Source: Eledone cirrhosa (Eukaryota). Taken from it: a DNA stretch of 64,000 bases. The first letter of the stretch is position 1, and every line of letters starts with the position of its first letter. A program made the translations under genes and the position numbers. Below, in pieces: positions 30,615 through 42,860 of this stretch. The stretch covers positions 32,984,001-33,048,000 of the forward strand of contig OZ024751.1 of NCBI GenBank assembly GCA_964016885.1, written 5' to 3'. The notes under the pieces are model-generated. The model was not told the DNA's origin. It did not search any database and saw only the letters and a list, made by a program, of their open reading frames with translations.

Positions 30615-31025
30615 TATATATGTGTATGTAAGTACGTCTGCAAATGTATAAGTGTGAACACCTATCAGAAAGTTTCCCTGTTAAAATCAATTCATACATT
30701 TCTCTGTTACATCTCCATAAATAGCCGAGTCTTCTTTCACAGTGGTTTATATATTCGCTGCAAAATAGGGTCCATTACAGGTGCTAATCGCAATTGGACA
30801 TTTCTATTTCATATATTTAGTAAAGAGCAATGCTATTATGTTATGGCCAGTATTAGTCATAATTATTATATAGTTAGGAATGGTGATAACGTTGAAGGTG
30901 TATGACCTAGCGTTTAGTACTGCGGTCATAATGTATCTTTCACACCTGGACCGGGATATATGTTGTGCTTTTCAGCAAATCTCTTCATTTCTCAGTGCTC
31001 CAGCACACTTGAAAAGTACACAAAT

Positions 31026-31058
<33 letters not shown>

Positions 31059-31120
31059 ATTATTTATACGTATATATATATATATATATATACGTATATA
31101 TGCTTATATATATATATATA

Positions 31121-31180
31121 TTCTTTTATTCTTTTAACTGTTCCAGCCATCCGACTTAGGCCATGCTGGGGCACCGCCCT

Positions 31181-31183
<3 letters not shown>
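31121..31183 (-). mobile_element. 3' end of a second SINE-like family with an (ATAAAAGA)-type tail
   Basis: ttcttttattcttttaactgttccagccat...ggccatgctggggcaccgcc; diverged relatives near 1240-1345, 4245-4305 and 7335-7425. Confidence 0.55.
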
Positions 31184-31232
<49 letters not shown>

Positions 31233-31237
<5 letters not shown>

Positions 31238-31431
31238 AACGAGTAGGACCCCGACGGCTGAGCTCAAGCCGTTTCGACGGCTAATTCTGGACTAGAATTG
31301 AGTCCAGAATTAGCCGTCGAAACGGCTTGAGCTCAGCCGTCGGTGTCCTACTCGTTCCTATTACCCACTCTACTACCCTAAGTATTGAATACGTTATGGT
31401 CCACCTGGTTCCTTACCACATTTCCTTCGTT
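31233..31431 (+). mobile_element. Family-B palindromic insertion in (TA)n carrying the 3' half of a hammerhead-like motif
   Basis: Arms 31233-31293 and 31301-31361 (one mismatch) around a 7-nt loop. The right arm has GAAA-CGGCT(tgagctc)AGCCG-TC; a unique tail runs to ...catttccttcgtt before (TA)n. Confidence 0.7.
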
Positions 31432-31472
31432 ATATATATATATATGTATATATATGCATGTATATATATATG

Positions 31473-31504
<32 letters not shown>

Positions 31505-31508
31505 GATG

Positions 31509-31612
<104 letters not shown>

Positions 31613-32566
31613 TATATATTTATATGCACTATTGTGGTGTGAATATAATTCTTTTAAAGTCGGTACTGACTGACAAATACCAACAAAGATATAATGTAAC
31701 GTCTAGTCTACGGAAACTTTGGGAAAAAAGAAAGGAACTAATTTCCTATTATGAAGCAGTTTTTTTTTATTGTTATTGGTTGGTAGATCATTAATCCACC
31801 AGGGAAAATGTATTGCCACCTTTCTTTATAAGGCCTCATTCTGGTTTAGAATCTCATCGAAGTCAACTTCGCATTTCATCCTTCGAATACCTGGTAAGTA
31901 TTTGGGTCGAATTAATTGATTTCCTACTTCTTTCTAAAGTTGTAATTATGTTTCAATTAGACACCATTATTAGGGTCATGGGAAGTGTTGGATTGCCAGA
32001 ATCAAGGGAGCTTCCGAAAAGATGATTTGCTGGATTTTTTTTTCGGGTCTTTTGTTCTGATTTGTATTCAATTAGAACTCATTATTGATGATAATAATAA
32101 ATAATTAAATTTATAGGTTTTTTTTCTTTTCTCTTGCAGCGGTAAACATTAAAAGAATATCCATCATCGTTATTAAGGCATCACTGAAGTATTTTCCAAA
32201 CGCAATCGGGTGGATATGTAATTAGTTAATGAAATAAAATAGATGGTTTAGTTAATAATATAATTCAGTTAATTATCTATTCCCTCTGGTTGAGAAATAC
32301 AATCCTTCCCCAAACTGTCCCCTTTCTCATCAACCATCATCAATATACAGTCCTCTTTGTCACCATACCACATCAATATACTAGAATATTCCTGCAAATA
32401 AATTTGTCCTTAACGTTAAAAAGAAATCAATGCGAACAGCTGGGTTTTGTTACGAAAATTGATACAACTTCCATATTAAGCTTATTGATATTATAAATAA
32501 TTTATTTTTATCTGACCTAAAAATTACTAAAAGTAATTTAATCTTTTTTGTTCTGTAAGAATCCCA

Positions 32567-32792
32567 AAACCCCTGCATGTCCCACCCCCACCCCCGTATA
32601 CCACCCCACCCCTATATGTTACCCCACCCACTGTATGTCACCCCACCCACTGTATGTTACACCCGCCCCTGTATGTCACCCCCCTGTATGTCACACCCCC
32701 CCTGTATGTCACCCTCTCTGTATATCACCCTCCGCCCACTGTGTGTCATACCCCGCCCCTGTATGTCACCCCTCCTGTATGTCACCCCGCCT
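32567..32792. repeat. C-rich minisatellite, core cccctgtatgtcacc
   Basis: About 11 variable-length units. Confidence 0.9.
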
Positions 32793-33095
32793 TCTGTTTT
32801 CTCAATTAGAACTAATGAGTGAAATTATTTGTTGCAGGCAAATTTCACTAAGGTAACATTTTTTAATGCGATTCTCAAGATGATTAAAGTCGGAGTGTAA
32901 CTAGGGTATGGCACGGATGGATCGTGCCATGGGTTACACTTGAAGCGGGAAGAGGGCGCCACTTGCACTAAAAACACTTTCTATTCAAGTCAGATCAGCT
33001 ATCGTCGGAGAGTGAAATGTATGATCTGTCTTCGATTATGTTAGATCTATGGTGTATTGGAGGAATATTTAGAGATTTAACTCTCTAGAACTTTA

Positions 33096-33158
<63 letters not shown>

Positions 33159-33223
33159 ATGTCGTCGCCGTGGTAGTGGTAGTGGTAGTAGTTGTAGTCG
33201 TCGTGGTAGTGGTAGTGGTAGTG

Positions 33224-33255
<32 letters not shown>

Positions 33256-33526
33256 CGTAAAAAACAATAATTTGGTGTCTAAATATCCAATGTTCTGGTG
33301 AATTACAATAATCCTTTCATCTTTCTAAGTGGCAAATAGCTGCGCACACGACTTGTTACTTAAAATATAGAGTTTTATAAAACTACTTTGAAATAGTAAG
33401 ATTATGAGGTGGAGGAGGAGGAGGAGAGGGAGGGGAGGTGGAAGTGGGGGGTTGCTGAGGAGGAGAAAGAGGAGGTGGTGGATGATGATGGTGAAGAGGT
33501 AGTTGGCGACGATGACTTGAACAACA

Positions 33527-33563
<37 letters not shown>

Positions 33564-34071
33564 GGAGGAGGAGGAGGAGGAGGTATAAAAGCTAAATCAT
33601 TTATCATCCATGCGTGTTACAACTTCATAATCACTCATATACTTATTTCGACTATATCAAAGAGTTCTGGCTATAAGAATGGACATATAGAGGTATGGAG
33701 TAGATTTAAATAGGATATTACATATGTATGTAGTCCATTATTAAAACCCTGTGAAATGCCATATATAAATCAAGAAGAGGTGAATGAAAACATTTATTGT
33801 ATTTAAATCTTACACAAATATATGAAACACTGTTGGACAAAGCTGTTGTGAAGACGGAATGGGTTTACTGGGTATTAAAGAATGATTGCTGATGCCTTAG
33901 AACTCTCGCGGAAAAAGAGGTAGATTTATTGGATAAACGGTATAGATAGATAAACAGTTACATAATAGTGAGATATGGGCAAATAAACATACATAAACAC
34001 ACAGGCATATATATATATATAAACATGCACATATACATAAATACATACATATATACGCACATACATACAAG

Positions 34072-34104
<33 letters not shown>

Positions 34105-34217
34105 ATGTGTGTGTGTGCGTGTGTGTATGTGAGTGCGTATGAGTGTGTGTGCGTGTGTGTGATATGAAGTTTGATCTGGGAAAAGGTTCCAATTTCTCTA
34201 GGTAGGCAGAAAGATAA

Positions 34218-34248
<31 letters not shown>

Positions 34249-34271
34249 GATAAATAGACAGAGATTGATAT

Positions 34272-35105
34272 CTATCTATCTCATCTAAGGCGGGTAAAAT
34301 TCCCGAGATCCATGGACGAGTTCTCTCCAGCGGTCTCTGTCCCTCATTATCGCTGCCATGTCCTGCATCTCCAACAGACCAGTGTCTGTCCTTAGGGCAT
34401 CAACATACGTTAACCTTGGTCTTCCTCTTCTAGTGTGTTTATGTAGGGGCTCCCAAAGGAGTACTGAGTGCAATGTCAACTCTGGATGTCGGTGAGCATG
34501 TCCAGCTAACCTCAGTCTCCTCTGTGTTACTTTTGAGCTGACTTTTGTGATGCTACCATACAGCTCTGAGTTTTTCATCCTCAGTGTATACTGATTAATG
34601 TTCAGAGCCATCCTCAGCATTCTCGTGTAGCACCCATCCACCATCTGAGTAAGTTTCTTGGTCAGTGTCCAAGTCTCAGACCCATACAGCAGCACATACT
34701 CCACTACAGCAATGAAGAGGCGGATTTTCAGGTCTCTACGAAGGTCCGACTTCCACACCGATCTCAAGCTGTGGCACGCCGCCCAGGCCTTGCTCTTCCT
34801 CTCAACCACATCATCTTCCGTATTCCCAATCTTTGCTCCCAAATACAGGAAGTCCTCAACCAATTCCAGTCGCTTCCCGCCTACATTAGTGATCCCCTCT
34901 GGCTTCTCAACATTCTCTACCATATATTTTGTTTTAGTCTCATTCATTCTCAGCCCCACACTCATCGACACAGTCTCAACCTCCCGCATCAAATCCTCTG
35001 CCTCCTTCACTGTATTTGTCACCAAAACTATGTCGTCGGCAAATTCAGCATCCGATACCTTTTTCGCCCTAACTCTCCTGCTCTGAGCCGGTGCTACAGT
35101 AAAGC
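34272..35105 (-). mobile_element. 5'-truncated RTE-type non-LTR retrotransposon with 13-bp TSD
   Basis: Uninterrupted frame encoding FADDIVL, KTKYM, FLYLG, VLLYGSETW, RRLRLAGH and RGRPRLTY. The stop at 34285-34287 is followed almost at once by a short (GATA)n tail. TSD cagagattgatat at 34259-34271 and 35106-35118. Confidence 0.93.
34285..35105 (-). pseudogene. C-terminal part of a LINE reverse transcriptase (no true start codon; ORF-track start lies in flanking DNA)
   Basis: The 283-aa ORF carries the RT catalytic motif FADD and RTE-typical C-terminal motifs. Its first ~10 residues lie in the TSD and flank. Confidence 0.88.
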
Positions 35106-35473
35106 CAGAGATTGATATATAAATAGCAAATAACACTTCTATATCTTAAGAACTTACGTCACTAAATGTAACTGAAGTTGTTTGAAGTGTATTATCTCTG
35201 TTTACATACAAGTCTGGAAAATTTAGTCAGGACAAGTTTTCTGTGTGATATTTCAATGTAACAAGAGAGACAGGCTTGAGGAAAATGTAAAACAGTTTAG
35301 AATATTGGTCGGTATAGGAAAGAACTGATCAATGAAATGTTAGGGAATGGAAATAATGATGGGTGAATCATTGATACGAGGCTGTATTCCCTCCATCTGC
35401 TAGAAATAACAGCTAAATAGCATTTAAATCATCACATATTACCGTCTTAAAAAGAAACGGAAATATATACTAA

Positions 35474-35665
35474 ATAATTGTTTCTACTTTTTGCACAAGG
35501 CCAGCAATTACCCAGTACATTACTGGTACTTTATTTTATCGACCCCGTAAGGATGAAAGGCAAAGTTAACCTCGGCAGGATTTGAACTCAGAATGGCAAG
35601 GGCTGTAACTCTATGCAGCAAAGCATGGCGTCCGACCCTCTACTGATACTGCTAATCTACCACCC
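35474..35665 (-). mobile_element. SINE with TSD
   Basis: tata(t/c)actaaataat at 35464-35478 and 35668-35682. Confidence 0.9.
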
Positions 35666-36280
35666 CTTATACACTAAATAATGTATTTATAAATGCAGTC
35701 TGTCATGGGAAAAGACTGGATAGTCACGACTGGAATACATCTTACTGTGAGCCGATTCGATCAGAAGTATAATGGTAGTAAACAGCAACAATAGCAACAA
35801 AAACAACTGTAAAGATAGAACTGTACAAGTGTTGGCAAGATTTAATTTAAGATTCTGTGTTAGTAAATTTTAATTTTGTCCCAATCTCCTTCTGGGATAC
35901 TTAAATTAAAACTTCCATTGTTATCAAGGATGTTTCTGGAATATAAATATTTAATTAAATATGCATCATTCGTTGTTGATGACCAACTCACAATTCTTTA
36001 AAAACGTAATTAATTCTCATCTAATTATTTCAAAATAAAAATCATTGTCTTTATATATAATTTATATTACATGCTTCATACTTCTGTTTCAGGGGCTTTG
36101 TTAAGTTTTAAGCGTGTAATAAGGATTGTATTGATGAGCTAAACATTGTAACTAAAACAGTCATCGACCTTTACAGGTTTTCAGTTCTTTACCTTTTACA
36201 CACACACACTTATATAGGTATATATACATATGTTGGTATATACGTATGTATGTATATATATATATATATATATATATTTA

Positions 36281-36340
36281 ATATAGAAAGGTTTCTACAG
36301 GACTAGAACTGTTTCATTCGGGAGAAATCATCAGGGCTTC
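36281..36340 (-). ncRNA. Degenerate hammerhead of the GAAACAG...CTGTA family next to (TA)n
   Basis: Minus strand: CTGATGA-tttc(tccc)gaat-GAAA-CAG(ttctagtc)CTG-TA-gaaacc. Core is intact but stem I pairing is lost; homologous to 22098-22141 and 29236-29280. Confidence 0.5.
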
Positions 36341-36435
36341 CACAAGAAAACGAGAGGGAGAAGAGTCGACTTGGTTAAGAACTGATTATTCAAAAACCCC
36401 GATGAGATGACAGGCAAAAACCGATCTTGATATTA

Positions 36436-36467
36436 TACACTGTACATGTGTATACATGTACAGTGTA
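36436..36467. repeat. Perfect 14-bp inverted repeat
   Basis: tacactgtacatgt-gtat-acatgtacagtgta, one base away from the 36469 palindrome. Confidence 0.8.
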
Positions 36468-36468
36468 C

Positions 36469-36538
36469 ATTTGAAGCGACTATAGTGTCGGATAAAATAC
36501 CGTAAGGTATTTTATCCGAGACTATAGTCGCTTCAAAT
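36469..36538. repeat. Near-perfect palindrome (33-bp arms, GTAA loop), probable hammerhead-derived fold-back
   Basis: atttgaagcgactatagtgtcggataaaatacc-gtaa-ggtattttatccgagactatagtcgcttcaaat, one mismatch. The right arm has GAGA-CTATAG-TC, resembling GAAA + palindromic stem III + UC. Confidence 0.75.
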
Positions 36539-37644
36539 TGGAAAATTTACAGAATGAATATTTCGTTATAAATCCACAATTTGTAGGGTTAAATATTTAA
36601 ATGTCTATAGAATTGTAGATAGAGTGATATTTGTATAAGAGTAGTAAATGAGGAATTGATAGCTATAACTGTAGAAGATACTACTTCTTGTTATCAATAT
36701 ACATACCCAAATATAGACATATATACATAGAGACGTAGATCGATATATATATATAGAGAGAAACACATTTTATGTATATATGTTCGGCACTTTGAAACAT
36801 CAAAATTCGCTTAATTTACATTTTGATATTTATTCATAGATTAGACTTTGAAAATTTTATAGTAAAACGTCATTTTTAATTAATATTCTGATTCATTTGA
36901 AGATGTCTTGGAATATAATTAAAATAATCATAAAAACTAATTTAGAGATATTCCTGTCTGATATAAAACTTTGAAATGATCTTTAATCAATTAGAAGCTT
37001 TGGAATTACTAAGTAATTAACAAACATTACTAAATAATTTCATTTTACTGGACTAAATACAGTGAAATCAGAATAAGCTATATTGCGTTTTCAATTCTCT
37101 ATAGAAGAATTTTGTTGAAATTCTCACCATTAATCTGATCATTATCTTATTAAATAAAATCATCCAATATTGCAGAGAAAATTAGATTTTCATATTCGAT
37201 TCTATTTATAGGTTAATATCAAATAGAGATATGAAGTTGAAATACTATAATGCAACACAAAATATATACCTGGTTGTATGAAATATATAGTAACAATAAT
37301 TTCATTTTCACCTGATTTTTCTACCTATTATAACCTTATTTCAAACTACTGAAATATCTAACACTATCTATCACTCATAGTTAGATCTAAATTTCCAGTG
37401 GCCCTGTGGTTGTTGGCACATCCCTGCGCACAGCCGGCTTACTAAGAAATATTTGTTTCATGTGTTATAATGATGGGGACGCTCGTCCTGTAATAACATT
37501 ATTCATCCGGTGATGGGAGGGGGAATTTGAACTAACGTCTCAGAATATATCACAAATCCTCCCTGTAAATCTCCCACCACTCTCGACTGGCCCTTTATTT
37601 ATCGTACCCTGATAGGATGAAAGGCATTATTTAACTCGGCGGAC

Positions 37645-37855
37645 TGGCAGTATCGGTAATGGGTCAGACGTCATGCTTTGCACCATAGAGTTACGACCCT
37701 TTATGATCTGAGTACAAATCCCGCCGAGGTTAACTTTGTCTTTCATCCTTACGGGGTCGATAAAATAAAGTACCAGTCACGCACTGGGGTCGATTTAATC
37801 GACTTTCCCCTCCCCCATAAATGCTGTCCTCGTGCCTATATAAGAAACCATTATT
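37645..37855 (+). mobile_element. SINE, long variant, head-to-head with an older minus-strand fragment (37586-37643)
   Basis: Retains the extra gggtcgatttaatcgactttcccctccccc segment that is absent from the short variant. Confidence 0.88.
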
Positions 37856-39173
37856 AAACTCGGTGGTTTTAAACAGAGAGCAGTAACTAATTAAGACAAA
37901 GTATTTAATACGACGGCTTAACAACTGTTAATTCACAGCATATTTCCTCTTACAAGCATACATAAAAAATATATATTTTAACCTTTGGTCTTATATTATA
38001 AATAAACTCTATAATATGCGTTGAAACATTCCTTACTCATTCGTCGAAAACAAATTAATACGCACATACATACATAGGCATACACACTCATACACACACA
38101 GACTCACTTACATATATGCATACATATATATATATGTATATGTGTGTCTGTCTGTGTCTGTGTAATTATATATAAATACATATATACATACATACGTATA
38201 CACATTCATACACACACAGTCTCGTATATACAAATACATATAAATATATATACATACATATAAACAAATATATGTTTGTGTGTGTGTGTGTCCTGTGGCA
38301 GCATATTTATACCAATGACACCATATATGTACTCACGCAGAAACAAAAGAGACACATAACCCAATTATATTTCTCAAGTATAGTTGTATTTTCTGTATTT
38401 TTACAACCCAACATACAAAACGGATCCTATCATCCAACGTCACTCATTCTTAATCGCTTTGTCACGCTAGGTATATCTCTAACGAACTCACCCTTTGTTT
38501 AACAACTTCATCACCACACCTTATGTTATACATATTTACAGAATCTAATAGAGACTACTCATCCCTACAACAAAATTATGTGACAGACTGTGTCAGTCTG
38601 AAGCAACATCGCTTAGAATTAATTTTTATCCTTCTTATATTACACCCACTTGCTATTACAAAAAGACGCATCCTTTTGAACATCATCTATTTATACACCC
38701 AACTGATTAACGACAATTTAAAAACCATCTGCCGCATCTAATAACACCAGCCCATTAGAAACTAATAAACTGCTGTATTATCATTGTTCTAATAGTTTTC
38801 CTTATTGTTAATATTCCCACGAGTATAATTCTGCTAAAGTAACTACTCATGAAGAAAACAACATATTTCAGGTAATGCTGAAGATAAGCTATTATCTTGC
38901 ATATAGTTTTACAAAGATTCCTATAAAAGTAAAGAGAAAAAAAAACGCCAGTTGTAACTTACATATAACATACTGAATAACTTGTCTATCCTGTCTGTTC
39001 TTATTTAAAAACATATGAAATATTGTATGAATACAAGAGAGTTGGTGGAGGGGATGGTTGTGGGGTCCTACATGAAAAGGTATGGCCGTGTGGTTAAGCG
39101 ATTTTGTTAGTAATCACATGATACTGAGTTCCATTCTACTCATTCTGCAACACCTTTTATTATTATTATATGT

Positions 39174-39350
39174 TGATGCATAGAGTTACGGCCCTTGCCA
39201 TTCTGAGTTCAAATCCCGCCGAGGTTAACTTTGCCTTTCATCCTTACGGGGTCGATAAAATAAAGTACCAGTAAAGGACTAGGGTCGATCTAATCGACTT
39301 ACCCCTCCCACAAACTGATAGCCTTATGCCTAAAGTAGAAATCATTATTA
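39174..39350 (+). mobile_element. 5'-truncated long-variant SINE
   Basis: B-box, core and long segment present. Confidence 0.88.
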
Positions 39351-39356
39351 TCATAT

Positions 39357-39538
39357 GGCAGTATCGGTAGAGGGTCGGACGCCATGCTTTCCATTATAGT
39401 TACGTCCCTTTACGATCTGAGTTCAAATCCCGCCGAGGTTGACTTTGCCTTTCATCCTTACGGGGGTCGATAAAATAAAGTACCAGTAATGCACTGGGTA
39501 ATTGATGGCCTTGTGTCTAAAGTAGAAACAATTATTAT
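39357..39538 (+). mobile_element. SINE inserted at the tail of the previous copy
   Basis: TSD attattatcatat at 39344-39356 and 39531-39543. Confidence 0.92.
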
Positions 39539-39982
39539 CATATATGCGTGTGTGTGTGTCTGTATATATATATATATATATATATACAATACATTAATAG
39601 AGAAAGCCTTAAGCTATACTCTGACTAGCTTCCATCTCACTCAACAAACATTAGGATATACCTTAGTATAATCCCAATTTTACGTTTGGGGTGCTAACTA
39701 TATGTATTTTGCGGAAGGCCAGTAGTATTATTTTATATGAGACATAATTAAAATATATCTCCTTTTCCAAACAATTGTTTCATTATAAGTTTTCTACAAG
39801 TTGAGAGAATGTTTCCGGGTTATGTAGAAGCCTTCTCAACATTCCGTAGGAATATATGCAGGTGGGCACTTATAAATCATCAGTGGATGCCCGTCAAACA
39901 TCGATATAAAAAAAAACTTCTCTTACCGATGTTTTAATCCCATGTCAGTGATTGTCTCTTTCCGTATCAGAATGACCACCAA

Positions 39983-40023
<41 letters not shown>

Positions 40024-40458
40024 TATGCACACACACAGATATATATATATATAAATATATAAATGAAAATATATTATATATATGTATATATATATATAAA
40101 TGAAATATATAAGATATATATATATATACATATATATAATGTGTGTTTCCTTTTAAAAGATAGGTAGACGTTTGATGACAACATGCTGCTATTAGTAAGT
40201 AGTCCACGGAAGTACTAAAATGAATGTATGGTATTGTATGACTATAATCCTCTATATATCATCTACCAAGCCTATACGTGTTTGCTTTCATATTCCGTTT
40301 GAGGCTGCATTTAAATTTATTACAAAACAATATATTGACCATTCTTTTATATCATTAGAATAATCCACATTGCAACAATAACATGCACACACCCTTACAT
40401 GTGTGTGTGTCTGTGTGTGTGTGTGTGTATGTGTGTGGAGAGAGTGAGAGAGAGAGAA

Positions 40459-40509
<51 letters not shown>

Positions 40510-42659
40510 TCATCGTCGTTGTCGGCAGGTCTTCCTCGTTTCTGAAGATATTTTCCTTCTTTTCAATTTTATCGACCATGATGTTCCCTCAAGTGACTTG
40601 CAAGACCAATTTTTGCAATAGAAGCTTGTCCACATCGGCCACTGTTTGTGTATACACACATATATATTCTAACATATGTGCATACATCTACATAGACGCG
40701 GGCACACACCCACAAACACACACACATTTAGACGGCTGTTTTCACTCCGAAATGATACTAACAATCTAGTGAGATTGAACCCGGTATCATGTGTTTACAA
40801 AGAGAATCCCTTTTGCCATACGCCTACTTTTATGTAAGTTTTTAAACAAGATGTTTCTCACGGCCCTGGATTGTATATTCGATTTCAAGTGTTCATACGA
40901 TACTCTAGTTGCCATTTTAGTTCTCCCTTTATAGAAGTGATCTCTTGCCTTAGTTATTTTGTCTCTGTCGCTCTGTATATCTTTCCATATGTCTCTAAGT
41001 TGTTATTGTGATTGACGTCTGATGAATGTGTGCTTTGGATTCCTGTTTCTTTTACATATATAACTTTACTTCTTTTTATATTCAAATGGATGTTGTTTGT
41101 CTCTTTTCCCGTTTTATCACTATTTCTAGAAATACTGCAATTTGCAATATTTCTTCGTTCAGTTTTGGAAATTATCCATAAAAAGGGATTTTACTTCCCA
41201 TCTTCACAATTGACTTATTTTATTTATTTTGCTTCTGTTGCTACTTTCCTCCATTAGCCCTATGTCTTGTGGATGTCTTCATGTGCCTCTCTTTTCAGGT
41301 CTCTCACTGATTATTCTTCATATTTTATCCTGTACATATTTTCTTTATTTTTCTGTGTAGCATTGTTTTTGTTTTTTTACTTGCTACCTGCTTCTAATGT
41401 GTCTTATTGTTGTTGTTGTTGCTGTCTTATTGGAGGTAAGTACGTATCTAAACCAACGGGTGAAGTAATATAGGCCATTCTTCTACTTCCTAAACCTTCT
41501 GTCTCCATCTTGTCTCGGTATGTAAATGTAGTGAGTCAGCTTTTGAGTGATGTAATCTGAAATTCTATTGTTTTCTTTTGTTTTATTTACTTTTCTTGCC
41601 TTTACCTTTGTTCTCTTTTATCTCATGTGCGGCTTCAAAAGTATTACACCGAATCTTTATGTTACTGCCAGTATTACTAGACAGTTGATCACTTCCATCT
41701 TATTTTTTTAACTCAATTCATTCTTTAGAAATTATTCAGCAAATGGAGGGATGTATTCGTTTTGAAGCATCTTTTCTACAGTGTCATATTGCAGCATATT
41801 TGCTTCGTTGATTTCCAAATACTTGCATGACTTTTCGTCTACCCGCAAATATTTCAATAACTTCTTTTTTTTTTTTTTGGAATATGAAGCCAAATATATT
41901 CTAGGTGTTTTGTTACTTATTCTGTTTGCTTTTTTCAGAACTCATTTGACCCTGCCATATTCGTCAAAATAACTCACCATGAGACAAATCATAAAGATAG
42001 AATATTACAAATTAGAAACAAAGAACGATCATTCTCTGAATTGTTAAACAGTCAGGTATCACAATCAGATAATTTATTGCAGATTTGCAGAGTTTCTAAC
42101 CAATCTAGAGCTGTTCCTCTTAGGAAACCAAAACAGAGAGAAACATTGCAGTGCGAGTAGTTTTTCCTTATTTGTCAGATATATTACAGTCAAAATGTGA
42201 ACTAGATTGGGTGTTATTTCACCGAGAGGAATTAAATGGTCAATTCTAAATCAGGAACGTCTAGTTTAAGAATAAACCTTCCATTACTCGAATTTTAATG
42301 AAACAAAAATGTTTTAGAAAAAAATTATATTCATATAAATAAACTTCTATTAAAATACACTTTGTCTTATACGATTTTAGAAACTTAATCTGGGTTTTAC
42401 AGAAATCTACTTTGGAAAAACTTTGTTTTAAATTAATAAATAATGTTGTTTGTTTATTTGGATGCCACAGGAAATCATTATTGGTTAAATAAAGGGTTCA
42501 TAGATTTCTGACCACTTGAATTTCTTTATCTACTTCATCTTAACTCCATTTAGATGCAGATCACAATTCACAAGATATCACAAGATATCAATTTGTGCCA
42601 AATCAGAAGACAAATACTAGGGCATTCGTATAAGGACTTTAAGTTAACAAGATGTCAGT

Positions 42660-42860
42660 CGATCCCCCACTCTTCGAAAACTTTCCACAAGTCCTGTGTA
42701 ATTCACTCGTATGCTTTTGAGATGTCCACGAAACAAGTATACACCTCTTGGTAATACACCCATTATTTCTTCTAAACCTACCGCAGACTAAATATTCGGT
42801 GAGAGTTTTCTTGGGAACCCATTGCTCCAGCTCACCCAGTCGTTTACCGTTGTTTGGTAC
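42660..42860 (-). mobile_element. Degenerate RTE-like RT fragment
   Basis: Minus frame reads RIFSLR*V*KK*WVYYQEVYTCFVDISKAYE*...LWKVFEEWG, matching the IFxLRQ...FVDxxKAYD...LW motif; multiple stops. Confidence 0.75.

Noticed and set aside
34658-35115. Plus-strand ORFs of 142 and 114 aa
   Set aside because: Antisense shadows of the LINE RT frame.
40870-41970. T-rich stretch as possible LINE ORF remnant (also 18230-18500, 24700-24950, 45160-45760)
   Set aside because: Only vague motif resemblance; not supportable without a translated search.
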